Assembly (NCBI RefSeq): GCF_006345805.1
Contig: NC_043018.1
Coordinates: forward strand, 14,508,001 to 14,572,000
Reading direction: 5' to 3'
DNA: 64,000 nt
Source: Octopus sinensis
Taxonomy: Eukaryota
Every line of letters starts with the position of its first letter. Position 1 is the first letter of the stretch. This document shows positions 11,001 through 24,300 of the stretch, in pieces. The notes beneath the pieces are model-generated. The model did not search any database and was not told the DNA's origin. It was given only the letters and a program-made list of their open reading frames with translations. The translations under genes and the position numbers were made by a program.

Positions 11001-13908
11001 GTACAGTAGACAAGAGAGACAGAGAGAGGGAGAGAAGAGTAAGAGCGAAGAGGGAGAAAGAGTAAGAGCGAAGACGGGGGAGAAGGAATTTAAAGAGTTG
11101 AGGATGTTGATGAGAGAGAGAGGAGGGAGCAAAAAGAAAACGTATAAAATAGACAGAGAGAGGGAGGAGGATGAAAGCAACAAAAGAAAAAGTGTATAAA
11201 CCCTCTCCTCCCTTTTCTGGAGGAGGAGAATTGAAAAGAGTTGAGGATGTTGCAGAGAGAGAGAGAGAGAGAGGAGGAAGATAAGATTGAGAGAAGGGCA
11301 GAGTTGAATCCGGGCCAATAATGAATAATGAGAGAGAGAAATGAAGTAGAAATAAATCGAAACAAAGAAAGAATAAAGAAATAAGGATAAAAGCAACAAG
11401 AAAAGGGGATGAAATGGGGGAAAAGTGAAGCTGTGGAATAATGCGGGATGGAGTTTAGATCAAAGGAATTGCGGGGGAGGAGAGGTAAAAGAAAAGAAAA
11501 GCAATATAGATACCAAGAAACACTCAAGTGTACAAAGATTAAAAACGATTAAAGAGTGAGGGAGTAAGTCGGAAGGAAAGCAGAAAGGGGGGGGGAGAGA
11601 GAGAGAGAGGGGAAGACAGGTCGCGTGAGTGACAAAAGAAGCAGACAGAAACATAAATAAAAGGCGCAGTGTCGTCGTTTTGAAGTTCAGTCGCCAACCG
11701 CATGGTTCCGAGTTCAATACCACAGCGGGGTATATATTGAGTGTTTTTTCACTGTAGCACTTGACCGATCAAAGCCTTGTAAATGGATTTAGTAAACGGG
11801 AACTGTATGAAGCCTGTCGAGTTAGAAAAACATTAAATAAATAAAAATAAACCTTTTGTATTTTTTTTAAATCTACTCCTAATCAGTTTTTTTTTTTCGT
11901 TATTAAGTTAGGGGGGCGCGGATACCCCTTTTAAAATTACAGAGATTTTAATTATGAAAATGCTTTTTTTTTTTTTGTTAAAATTACAAGATTCTTTTTT
12001 AAAATTACACTGCTGGAATCTTTTCTGTTTGATAGACGGAATTTTCTAGTTAACTAAAAAATTTGAAACTTCGTATACTGGTAGAATGTGTCAAAAGAAA
12101 AAAATTTTTGTTAAACAAAATTGAAAACAAAATTGTAATTCGTAACTTAAACGTAGTTTAATTTTACGAATTTTATATCCGTAGAGACTAGAGTCAGATT
12201 TTGTTTTTATTTTAATTTTTTTTTCAGATTTGTACTCTAAAAAGTTACGCATATTTTTGAGGAATCGTAATTATGGACATTTAAAACTTATGCAATGCTT
12301 AAAAAAATACACACTCCAAAACATTACTACTTTGGGTCCCATTAGATAATTTCCGACTCTATTCTCCTATAATGCCTGATTGCTTACATTTTTCTTCTTT
12401 CAATTTGTCATCATAAACCAACGGTGAACAAAGGTTGGTGCACTTTTAAAAATACAGAGAAATACATTCTTTCTCTCTGTATTGCAGACTTCGACTTTGT
12501 CAATCGTGATTGTGCAATAATAATGCGTCCGTGGTCCCAAGTTCTATAATTTGAAACTCAGAGAGCATCGCTATTTCATGCTTTTTTTGTGTGGTTCTAT
12601 CAATCAGTGTTGTAGAGCGAAATGACGACCTTCTAAAACTTCATATCCCGTCGGGGTGAGTTTTATTTTGCTTCAGGAGTCGACAAAGCAATTGTACCAC
12701 TATTGGATCGGGTGGAGTTTGGCAATAGCTATTGTTGACTCAGGGGGAAAAAATCTCAGGGATTGAATAGAGTCTCCCACCCAGTCTCTCTTCTTTTTAA
12801 AGATCCTTGTGCTTCATACAGCAGAACTTAGGGATTCGGGAAAAGAATTACGTTTTCTCCCCCAAAATTTCAATATTTTTAATATGTCTCACCCACCTAA
12901 TTACGAACCTTTTTTCTTTCCCAATAAAGTAGGGAGAACTGTTCAAAAACTCCGCCGATTTACAACAGAAGACCCTCGGAGGGCTTCAAGGCAAGGTCGA
13001 CTTCAATGGGTTTTGAACTCAGAACGTAAAGAATTGTAGCTAAACTTCTCAAGGCATTCAGTGCAGCATGCTTGTGTCTTTCTTAGATACTGCCGATGGA
13101 AGGGCCAAGGGTAAGGCATAATATTAACAAAATAACGATGGTCATAAGAATTCCAATCGAATTTGATGGTTGATGACAGTTTTCGGAATTCTCCGGTAAT
13201 TTACGGAAGTGACACCAGCGTTCTAAACGACAAACGGACGAAAGGTACCATGGAAATGGTTGCTAGCCTCTTGGCATCATTTGTAAACAGTGTACACCGC
13301 CAAAAAACACATTTTTTAAATAAAAAATATATATAACTTTTGTTATTGATTAGCTCCAGCTTCGTCCTGACCAAAGGCGTTCCAATCATGAATATCCATC
13401 GGATATAGTCTATCTGGGATTATATTCTTCCATGTGACTCCTTTTTGGAACTGTGATGGTATATTATTTAAGTGGAATTTTGCTGTTATTTCTAGCAGGT
13501 CGGATAACCTTGTAGAGGGTTTCTCATTAGCTTGTTTATAAGTTTACATGTCCGGCCAATAAACAAACATTTATCGTCGTTGCTCACCAAAATACTTCAA
13601 CCCCCTGATCCACTGATGTGCTGTATCCTCTCTACCTTTTCTGTTGCTACTACAATGGTTTCTGCTTCACAGAACTATCTGGTACTCTACTGCCTCCTCT
13701 CGAGGTACTCCCAATACACTTGTCTCTAGTACTCGTACCCCATATTGTGTTCATCTTAAACTCTACACTAAACACTCTGTCAAATTCTTCCTTATCAGGA
13801 AATTCCCACTTGGCACATGTTTTCTGTGCTACGCTTGGAGTGATGCAAGCAAAACATGAACACCATTAAACACCTTTGGTTCTATGATACAAATTCTTTG
13901 TTTTTAAG

Positions 13909-14448
13909 TGTAGCGTAGCTGACATCCTCACTGTTTGAGACATATATTAGAAATGGTCTTGTGTTAGATAACAACCATCTTCGGCTATCTGGACCCTGTT
14001 GTGTCCACTGCTCTGATTGGTTGGCATTGGTGCAGTTTGTCTCTTGACTTTGCACCAATGTGTAAACCAACCAATCATAACCTTCCGATAAGGTCCCGTG
14101 ACACTGTTTTTCCTATGCCTTGCTTGAGTCCACCTTCGGTTATAAAAGGCACCAGCAAATCACTATTTCTCATCTTAGGTTCTAGTCCTTTTCAGGACTA
14201 ACCTCTGACCACAGAGCGACTTAACCAGTTCCATGTTCCAGCGACGACCCACCCAGCTAGCTCCAGCGACCCAGCCATGTTCCTGCTCCAGCAGCGCCGA
14301 CACCATCATCATTGTCGTCCTCATTATTCCGTTTGGCACATATTCTTTATATCATGTAAATGGCTTATTCTTTTGCGGGTCGACCGTGCGGCGTTTAAAA
14401 GGGGTCATTTCTGTCACCAGCTCCTTACGTACGGTCATTTTCACTACA
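13909..14448 (+). mobile_element. Solo LTR (Gypsy-like)
   Basis: TGTAGCG...CACTACA termini; flanks TAAG/AAAG (3 of 4 match); CCAAT boxes 14014-14077 and TATAAAAG 14141-14148. Confidence 0.65.
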
Positions 14449-14636
14449 AAAGGGATCAAAATTAAAAACTTCCATCAAAATTTCATGTTAACTTATATTC
14501 CAAGCCCCAGCTTCACGACTGCTTCTAATTTTGGGAGAAGGGTTAAGTTAATCACATCAAACCCCGTGCTCATCTGGTACTCATTTTATTGACCCCTGAA
14601 AGGATGAAAGGTAAATTTGACCTCACAATTTGAACT

Positions 14637-15087
14637 TGTAGGATTTTTGTTATCTATCTCTGTGTGAAATCTGTGCTTGTAGGGTGCCTCACACATCTCC
14701 CTACAATGTTGTAGAAGGGAATAAAATGGCAGGAACACAAATAGCTGAACAAATAACAATCACAGCTTATTATTTCACAGAAGGAGATACTTCATCGCTG
14801 ATCATTGGTAGCATAAACGCCTGGGTTAGGAAAGGCAGCAGAGCCGGATTAAATCACCATGGTTAAAACAATCTTCACCGCTCTTTGAGTCTGGTTCGCC
14901 CTTTGAGTCTGGTTTGCCGTTCGAGTCTGGTTTGCCCCTTCGCTTGGAACCTTGTCAGGACACGTCTTAATTCATCAACCGCCAAGAGCCAAGAGAGTTG
15001 GAATAGCAGGAAAGACTAACTGCTCCTGATTACTGCGCATGCACAGATGGACATCCCAAATGGCGTCTAAAACCTGGCGTCATTACA
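14637..15087 (-). mobile_element. Solo LTR (Gypsy-like) inserted in a family C SINE
   Basis: TGTA...TACA termini, perfect 4-bp TSD AACT (14633-14636 / 15088-15091); SINE sequence resumes on both sides. Confidence 0.85.
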
Positions 15088-16411
15088 AACTCAAAATGTA
15101 ATGATGGACAAAAGGGCCTTGAAGTATCTTGCCCAGCATGCTAACAATTCTGCCAGCTCACTCTCTTACACCAACTTAATAATGACAAAGTAATTTGACC
15201 AAATTCTTCATTATTTCCAAAATTAATTAAAACAAAAGTGGTTCATTTTGACAAATATGGTAACGGTAACATTATCATCATCTGGTCAAGCTTGGTCAGA
15301 CATCTTTGAATGTCTCATCATCATCGTGATCATCATCATCATCGTCATCATCTAATGTCCACCTTCCATGTTGGCATAGGTTGGAAGGTTTGACAGGAGC
15401 TGTCCAGGCAGGAGACTGTTCCAGACTTCTGTGTCTGTTTTGTCTCTCCTACTCTCATACCCCATATTGTGTTCATCTTAGACCCTACACTACATTCTGT
15501 CAAATTCTTCCTTACCAGAACTTTGACACTTTGGAAATTCCCACTCAGCACATGTCTTTATGTGCATCTGCCAACTCTTGCATTTCATTCTTTACTACTA
15601 TCCCACTTTCCAATGATGGAATTTCAGCTCTTTTCAGGGCTTCAGGATTTCATACTGACTTTGGTTGGGTGGCCAACAGGTGCTATATCTTGCCAAAGAG
15701 TAACCCAAGATTTTCTCTCTCTTTTTCACCTCTCTCTCTCTCTGGCTTGGTAACCATGTACCTCCTCTACAGCAAGACACCTGTTTCCATCTCTGTCACA
15801 CTCTAACCATTCATCATCTGACACCAGATCACCTCCTCCAATACCCCCTTTCAAAGATTCCTTGTCTTGCAAGTTACTTGGTGACCCTAACAGTGTTGGT
15901 GCCACTTAAAAAACACCCACTTCACACCGTAAAGTAGTTGGCAATTGGAAGGACATCCAGTTGTAAAAGCCATGCCAAAACTGACCTCGCCTAGGATGCA
16001 ATCTTCTGCCTGGTCAGCTCCTGTCAAACTGTCCAGCCCATGCCAGCATGGAAGGAGGACGTTAAATGATGATGATGGTGATGACTGCTTACTGAGTATT
16101 TGCAGCTGACCAGTATATCTACAGGTCGCTCCCCTGTCTCCAAACTGGGGACCTGTTGATTGGGAGTTATCATCACCACACCATAAATATGGTAACGAAA
16201 GGACTAATATCATTTGTTTCAAATGATCTAATATAAAAAAAAAACCCAGTAAAGTGGCTGTGTGGTAAAAAGCTTACTTCCTATCCTCATGGTTCTGGGT
16301 TCAATCCACTGCATGGCACCTTGAGTATGCATATTCTACTGTAGCCCCAGGCCAACTGAACCTTGTGAGTGGATTTGGTAGATGGCAACTGAAAAAGAAC
16401 CTGTCATATAC

Positions 16412-16455
<44 letters not shown>

Positions 16456-17939
16456 ATATACACACACACACACACATGCATACACACAAAGGCACATACA
16501 GGCACACTTGTATACACAACAGACACGTGCATCCTCACTCAAACTTATATGCATAGACACATTCAAACATGCACATACAAGGAAGCAGAGATACACACAC
16601 ACATACACATACATACATACACAAAGAAACAAGCATACACAAACACGCACAAACACGCGAATATGCAGAATACATACATATGTACTTACATACACAAGCA
16701 CACACTCATGCTGCCACACACACACACACTCACGACAAATCTCAAACAGACAAATGCAACCTCCATAATGGACTGAGTCAATAGTTACTGAAAAGGTCGC
16801 AAATAACAATGGAAAAGCTTTGACAAGTAAAAACACAACAAATTGGTTAGTTGGATATTTAACCAATTGACTAATAATAAAAAAAAGGTACACTATACAC
16901 ACAAGCATTTATATACACCTGTATACACTCACATTCATAAGATTACATAAATTATATCATAAAAGTGCTGAATCACTGTTACTTGATATCTTTAGAATTT
17001 CTGGAAGGTCAACCTTTACACTGAATAACCATTGGATTCAAAAATTGTTTTATCATTGCAGTCACAGAGGTTGATAAAACACACCAACGAAGGAGGCTCT
17101 ATGTTATTGTTTGATCTGCTAGAAATAGTAGCCAATTTGTGATCAAACTGTAACATCATTTTAGCGTCTGCTTTTCAGTTCTTGCATAAGTTTGGTGGAA
17201 TTTGTTGAGGCAAATTTTCTACGACCAGATGCCCTTCCTGTTGCTAATCTTCACCTATTTTCAAGTAAGGTATTTTTTCCTCTGTAGCTGGATGTTTACA
17301 ATATGCAATGTCAAGAACAAACACAAATACTGACATACACACATATACATACCTCTCTTTCTCTCTCTCTCTTTCTTTCTCTCTATTTCTCTCTCTCTCT
17401 CTCTCTAAAATATATATATATAGTTGGTGCCATGTAAAAAGCTTTGGTGTTGGTACTATGTAAAATGCACCCAGTGCACTCTGTAAAGTGGTTGGCATTA
17501 GGAAGGGAATCCTACTGCAGGAACTATGCCAAAACAGACTATGGAACATGGGGTGGTTCCTGGGCTTGCCAGCTCCTGTCAAACCATCCAACCATGCCAG
17601 CCTAGAAAGCAGATGTGAAATGATGATGATGATGATGATGATGATGAAAATTTGGAATTATAATCAACTCTAATAATGTAAACATCATAATAATGTCAAC
17701 ATACATACTGTATGTGTTTTGTTTAGGCACACAGACAATGACGAAGCACACCTTATGTTGTAATGTGATGCACACACTCGCAAGTGCAAGTTTGTTTGCA
17801 TATGCACACAACACACATCCTTACACCAATCAATTCAGATAATCCACAAACACACAGTCGATTATATTAATTACAACAACCAGCTTCAACCAACTGACAT
17901 TACCCAAGTAATTAGTAAGTAAAACTCCCACTACAGCAA

Positions 17940-18462
17940 CCGTAAATCCTTGAGTATAATCCGCATTTTTCCCCAAAAAATTTAAAGGTCAAAATCCCTA
18001 GTGCGTACTATATACGAGGTTAAAAATGAAAATTATTTTCTAAGCAATGTCCGAATCTCTATTTGCTGTCCGGCAATGTTTATTCAGAGGCATTTTGTGA
18101 TGTCGGGTGCGAAAATACCTTAAGCTAAGCCTGAAAGCAATGAAGTCATAAAAGAATCATCCATAACTTGCAGTAAGCAACATTTATTAAAATAAAAGTA
18201 TTCAGAACACAGAATAACATGTAAAAAAAACAATTTGAAAACATATTTACATTCCCATATAACAGTTAAGAACATCATCATTATTGTATTACACATGCGC
18301 GGAAGTGTTTGTTCGACTAGGTGCTGCTGGCTTAATTACGCACGACTCAAGTTAGAGAAGGGGTGCGTATTATACACAAGGTTTAGGTTTTTCAGAGGGA
18401 CAGCCCCCTAAAACTCCCCTGTGTATTATACTCAAGGGCGGACTATACACGAGGATTTACGG
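17940..18462. mobile_element. Non-autonomous Tc1/pogo (Tc2-like) MITE
   Basis: TIRs CCGTAAATCCTTGAGTATAATCCGC / GCGGACTATACACGAGGATTTACGG; second copy at 48056-48568. Confidence 0.8.
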
Positions 18463-18618
18463 TGTGTGAAAATTTTGCACACTGCTTCTCAACTGAGGTC
18501 CAAATGACCCTAAGGAGGGGATTCATATATTTTGATGTTAAAATTTATGTACCATAAAGTGGTCATAATTTTACGATACATGAAATATTATTTATAAAAA
18601 CACAGTAAGAACTTTATA

Positions 18619-19018
18619 TACTCTTTTACTTGTTTCAGTCATTTGACTGCGGCCATGCTGGAGCACCGCCTTTAATTGAGCAACTCGACCCCGGGACTTA
18701 TTCTTTGTAAGCCCAGTATTTATTCTATCGGTCTCTTTTTGCCGAACCGCTAAGTGACGGGGACGTAAACACACCAGCATCGGTTGCCAAGCAATACTAG
18801 GGGTACAAACACAGACACACAAACACATACATATATAAATATATATACATATATACGACAGGCTTCTTTCAGTTTCCGTCTACCAAATCCACTCACAAGG
18901 CATTGGTCAGCCTGGGGCTATAGCAGAAGACACTTGCCCAAGATGCCACGCAGTGGGACTGAACTCGGAATCATGTGGTTGGTTAGCAAGCTACTTACCA
19001 CACAACCACTCCTGCGCC
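18619..19018 (-). mobile_element. Family A SINE
   Basis: Full-length reverse copy. Confidence 0.85.
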
Positions 19019-19752
19019 TATATATATAGATATATATAATGAATGATTATGGAGGTTGAGTAGAATAAAATGGGAATCAAGGGGGACCATTGGCATAAAA
19101 CGGTCAAGAACCACAGCTGGAAATAAAAGAAGCAAGGGAGATAACTACTTTGTTTTGTCATCTACCGACTCCCCTGCTCCCCGGGCGTATTGTCGATATT
19201 CTTAAGAATTACTAATTTAGACAGAAGGTCAGCGATTAAAACGATCGCAGTACTTGACTGGTATTTTTATTCATCAATAAAACCCCGAGGGATAAAAAGT
19301 AAAGTTAACCTTGGCGCTGTTTGAACTTAGAATGTAAAGATTCGGAACAAATGCCTACCGCAAGACATTTTGTCCATCACCCTGATTGCTGATATTTATA
19401 ATGGTTTTTGATTTAGGTACAAGGCCAGGATTTATTATTTTTTTTTATTTTAGAAGATTTGATAAAATAAAAGCAATGGTGGGATTTGAACTCAGAATGC
19501 ATAAAGAAACACCACGAGGCATTTTCCCAATGCCTCAATGAGTCAGCCGTTCCACCAGCCTTGGTTTCTGCTTCAGGCACGAGGCCAACAATTTTGAGAG
19601 GATAGGGTTAGTCGATATCATCGACCTTAAGATTGATTTAAATGGCCCCGGAGGGGTAAAAGACAAGATTGACCAAAGTGAGATTTGAACTCAGAACATA
19701 AAGAGCCGGAATGTTGTTGATATTCATAAAATCCAAACATGTCTGTAACTTT

Positions 19753-20876
19753 TATCAGTTGGTTTTAACGACCAAATCCAGTCAAATTTAAATTGGATAC
19801 GTTATGGGGAAAAAAATTGATAAATTTAATTGGAGTTATCTTCCTTACATTATTTAAATGTGCGTTTAAACACTCGGAGAGGAAGATGGTTTTGTCCTTT
19901 AATTGATTAAATACTTTCAATTGGTTCAACTTACGACATTGAGTATTTAAGATGCTACCGTATTTGAATTTAGTATGTAAGACACTTCCTGAGATTTTTC
20001 TCTGAAGTATACTGTGCTTCAGAGAGTGACAGATACGCACACAAACTTTGCTTTCATCTTTCCGAGGTTGATAAAATAGTACCGATTAGATAGTTAGAAA
20101 ACTGCCAGAACCTATTTGCATGCAATTGGAAAATCAAAAAAGCTCGGCAAATGGGTACCACACGATTTGAATGAAAATCAGAAAATCCGTAGGTATTAAA
20201 TTTGCTCGTCGCTTTTTCTCCGTAACCAGACCGATCCATTTCTCGACCGTATTGTAACTTGCGACGAAAAGTGGTTCCTGTACAATATTAAAAAAAGGTT
20301 CTTCGCAGTGGTTGGACCAAAATGAAGAATCGAAAACCTTCCCTAAACCTGAGCTCTTCAAAAAGAAGCTTACAGTAGCTGTTTGGCGGTGTGCTGCTGG
20401 ACTCATTCACTATAACTTCTTAAAACCTGGAAAAACCATTACTACAGAAACATATTGCCAAAATGAACGAAAAACTGTTACTCCTCTGTCCCAGTCAACA
20501 GAAGAGGACCAATCATTCATGGAGTTCTAAGGAAAATTCCAGAAGTCGAGGGAATCAGGCTACGAAGTTCTTCTCCACCCAGCTTATTTCCCAGACCTTT
20601 CTCCTACCGACTACTACTTTTTCAAGTACCTTGATGGTTATCTGCGAGAGAAGGAGTTCAAAATCAAACCGATGCTGCAAGTGCGTTCAAAGAGTCCATT
20701 AGTTCCAGAACTCTAGATTTTTATGTTACCCGAATAAACAAACTTGTAATTTGTTGGCAAAAATGTGTTGATTGTAATGGTACTTAACTTTGATGAATAA
20801 AATTTCCGCATTGTTGAAATATATTGTGATGAATTTTATGTTTCAAAACGTTGCTTGCTTTTTACTCAGCCTGATA
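19753..20876 (+). mobile_element. Decayed mariner transposon
   Basis: GKWVPHDLNENQK, DRIVTCDEKWFLYN, HPAYFPDLSPTDYYFF motifs across frameshifts; the left end is approximate. Confidence 0.85.
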
Positions 20877-21134
20877 GATTCTACTTTTGTTTTCGTGTTC
20901 TGTTGAAGCCGATATTTGCATTGAAGTCGACGAGGGAGGTGAAAAGTGAAACACACACCCGCACACATTTTCCCATTGACTTTCCACAAGTTGAAAGGTG
21001 AAACACATTCGCGCGCGCACTCCCCATTATCTTTCATATGAACGTACATATATAAATACATATACATACATCAGTTTTTGTATGTATGTACATATATATA
21101 TCAAAGATAATGGCTGTGTGTGCGAGCGTGTTCA

Positions 21135-21533
21135 GCTTTATGTATTTGGACGTTATCAAAGAAGCTTGAGAGGCGGTTGGATGGAACCTACACCCGCCTC
21201 CTTATGAGAGCTCAAAATCTCTCGTGGAAGCGCCATCCAACCAAAATGCAAATATATGAGAAACTACCACCTGTGTCATCTTTTGTGAAAGGTAGGAGAG
21301 TCCAGTTTGCTGGACATTGTTGTAGAGCTGAAAGCGAGGTAATTTCTACTCTTCTCCTCTGGAAGCCATCTACTCGCAATACCAGAGGGCGCACACTCTC
21401 CTACCCTGATGTAATCTCCAGGGATACAGGCATCCAGAAACAGGACCTCCGTAATGCTATGATGGACCGTGAAGTCTGGTGTAACATGGTAAATTCCATT
21501 GTCTCGACCACGGTCGAACAATGATGATGATTA
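21135..21533 (+). mobile_element. 5'-truncated RTE-like LINE 3' end
   Basis: WTLSKKLERRLDGTYTRLL..RRVQFAGHC..AMMDREVW* followed by a (TGA)n tail. Confidence 0.8.
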
Positions 21534-21822
21534 TGTATTTGTGTTCACTCACACACACCTATTGACTTTCATGTCCAGGAATTGCATAATTAAACACTTG
21601 CATTCCATCCCTCCATCCATACATATATACAGGATCTAGTTTGTTTTTTTTTTTCATTTGAAAAATATGCATTTCTTAAAAGACAGTAAAATATCGGATC
21701 TAGTATTCTTCATTCGCAAAATATGCATTTAAAAAAAAAGACAATAAAAATCCGAAAATCGGCTCTAATAATGATGTAGCCTTCCTGTCTCTTGGCTTTG
21801 AAGGTATAATGTGGAGAAAAAA

Positions 21823-22616
21823 TGCAGCGAGCTGGTAGAAACGTTAGCAGGCCGGGCGAAATGCTTAGCGGTATTTCGTCTGCCGTTACGTTCTGAGTTC
21901 GAATTCCGCCGAGGTTGACTTTGCCTTTCATCCTTTCGGGGTCGATAAATTAAGTACCAGTTACGCACTGGGGTCGATATAATTGACTTAATCCGTTTGT
22001 CTGTCCTTGTTTGTCCTCTCTGTGTTTAGCCCCTTGTGGGTAGTAAAGAAATAGGTATTTCCTCTGCTGCCGTTACGTTCTGAGTTCAAATTCCGCCGAG
22101 GTCGACTTTGCCTTTCATCCTTTCGGGGTCGATAAATTAAGTACCAGTTACGCACTGGGGTCGATATAATTGACTTAATCCGTTTGTCTGTCCTTGTTTG
22201 TCCTCTCTGTGTTTAGCCCCTTGTGGGTATTAAAGAAATAGGTATTTCCTCTGCTGCCGTTACGTTCTGAGTTCAAATTCCGCCGAGGTCGACTTTGCCT
22301 TTCATCCTTTCGGGGTCGATAAATTAAGTACCAGTTACGCACTGGGGTCGATATAATTGACTTAATCCGTTTGTCTGTCCTTGTTTGTCCTCTCTGTGTT
22401 TAGCCCCTTGTGGGTAGTAAAGAAATAGGTATTTCCTCTGCTGCCGTTACGTTCTGAGTTCAAATTCCGCCGAGGTCGACTTTGCCTTTCATCCTTTCGG
22501 GGTCGATAAATTAAGTACCAGTTACGCACTGGGGTCGATATAATTGACTTAATCCGTTTGTCTGTCCTTGTTTGTCCCCTCTGTGTTTAGCCCCTTGTGG
22601 GCAGTAAAGAAATAGG
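21823..22616 (+). repeat. Tandem tetramer of family C SINE, 187-bp period
   Basis: AAAGAAATAGG marker at 22045, 22232, 22419 and 22606; only unit 1 keeps the full tRNA-like head. Confidence 0.92.
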
Positions 22617-23359
22617 CATGACGTGGAGAAAAAAAAATTGGAGAAAAAATGTTATAGAGGTTTAAAAATCGAAAAAAAAAACCCCGGTATATTTTTAGCC
22701 AATAGCGAGAGAGACTTTCTGCGTTTAGCGGAGCTGTGTGGTGAAATTGAGTTTAGCGTCTGACCCGTTCCTTGTAGGTTTCTAAGTAAACAGAAATTCC
22801 TTACAAATTCAACATGTGTTACTCTTTCTTTTGTCTCTTCATTAATTGTTATGGTTTTATTATCTTTTAAAATTTGTTATATTAACATATTTGTTTGCAT
22901 GTGTTTACTTTATTTATGTACACCTGTCGTGTATTTGTGTATATCATTAATATATAAGTGCACGTGAATGTATGTATTCGTATATAATTTTATATCTACA
23001 TTTATGCATTCATGTGTGTGTGTGGAGGGAGCGTCTGTCTCCAAAACTCCAAAGTTGAGAAACGTTTTCATGCTTGGATTGGTAAAACTACGATAAGAAT
23101 AACACTGGTCAAAAATATGTAATAATAATAATAATAATAATAATTAAATAATATTGTATACAGTGCTCAGGTGCATCACAACTTGTCAGAAAGTGCGTAT
23201 AAAGTGTATGCAGTAATGTACAAATGTCTGGAAAGCGAACAATGTAATATACTAATACACAGTAAAATTAAAATAAAACACGTGGTTGAAAAGAATCTTG
23301 TGGTGTGAAGAATCAACAGAGAACAGCAGCACAAACAGTAAACCACAACACAGCGTGTG

Positions 23360-23405
23360 GTTGTCATGGTAACTAGCTGCTAATGCCACGCTGTCTGTTG
23401 ATTGG
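23360..23405. promoter_or_regulatory. RFX X-box plus CCAAT box
   Basis: GTTGTCATGGTAAC (23360-23373) fits the RYYNYY-AT-RRNRAC X-box consensus; ATTGG at 23401-23405. Confidence 0.55.
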
Positions 23406-23645
23406 CTAAAATTACCCAAATGTCCCAACTTTAATTCCAAATAACATCAGATTCTTTAATTTACGAGATAAAATAATTGGTTGATCGTAACCAAAATTCA
23501 GAGTTGCATCGATACACCAAAATTGAAAACCATCTGAGCAAGATTGAGCGGTAGAGCCTACGTCCGCCCGCCCGTCCGTCCGTCCGTCCGTCCATCCATC
23601 CATCCATACATCCATACATACATATATACATACATACATACATAC

Positions 23646-24240
23646 ATGATGCTAGAAATAGCAACCAAATTATTCCTTAATCGTACTTAGGCAGATTGGC
23701 CGAAGGAATAGAGCGGCGGAAAATATGCTTCGCAGAATATTTAGTTGCGGTCATTCACATTCAAGTTCCACTGAAGTTAGCTTTGACTGTCGTTCTTCGG
23801 CGCCTCGATAAAACTGAACAATGACATACAAAGGGGACAGTGTTTAGCAGAGAACAGGGGGAAATGGAAGGGATTGGAGTTAGGGGTTTATTGAGAAAAG
23901 CGGGGACGAAAAGAAAAGGTGACAGTGTGGGTTGTACAGGAAGGTCTAAGGTTATCCCACATTATAAAGGTGAGTACAGATGGAAGGTCAGTGTGTGTGT
24001 GTGGGGGGGAATAAGAGGAAGAGAGAAAAAGATTAGATTGGAAAGGAATGACGAGAGAATGACTGGTACTTTATCGAGGCGTGGAAGCACGAAAGCCAAA
24101 GTTAACCTCTGTGAAATTTGAATGTAAATGACCGTAACTAAATACTGCGAAGCATAGGATATTTTCCGCCGCTCTACTCAGTCTGCCAATTCGCTTGGGT
24201 ACTGTTAACGAATAATTTGGTTGCTATTTCTAGCATCATT
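23646..24240. repeat. Inverted pair of an old family C-related SINE
   Basis: Arms ~23646-23815 and ~24062-24240 are reverse-complement homologues (ATGATGCTAGAAATAGCAACCAAATTATTC..CCTCGATAAA). Confidence 0.75.
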
Positions 24241-24300
24241 TTGGGGAGACCACTTACACGCCCTCATCAGCGTTCTTTCGGAGACGGACTTTTAACTGGT

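Noticed and set aside
14203-14443. Minus-strand exon-like segment (TTTTGTAG acceptor, GTTAGT donor) open except for one in-frame TGA, suggesting selenocysteine read-through
   Set aside because: It lies wholly within the solo LTR 13909-14448, and the apparent acceptor is the LTR terminus. The peptide resembles no selenoprotein and I saw no SECIS.
21823-22616. CRISPR-like regular arrays (also 52805-53748 and the family B internal units)
   Set aside because: The units are wholly repeated with no unique spacers, there are no cas genes, and the context is eukaryotic
24260-24284. Minus-strand GAAA and CTGATGA close together (permuted hammerhead)
   Set aside because: Only 5 nt separate them, leaving no room for stems I and III
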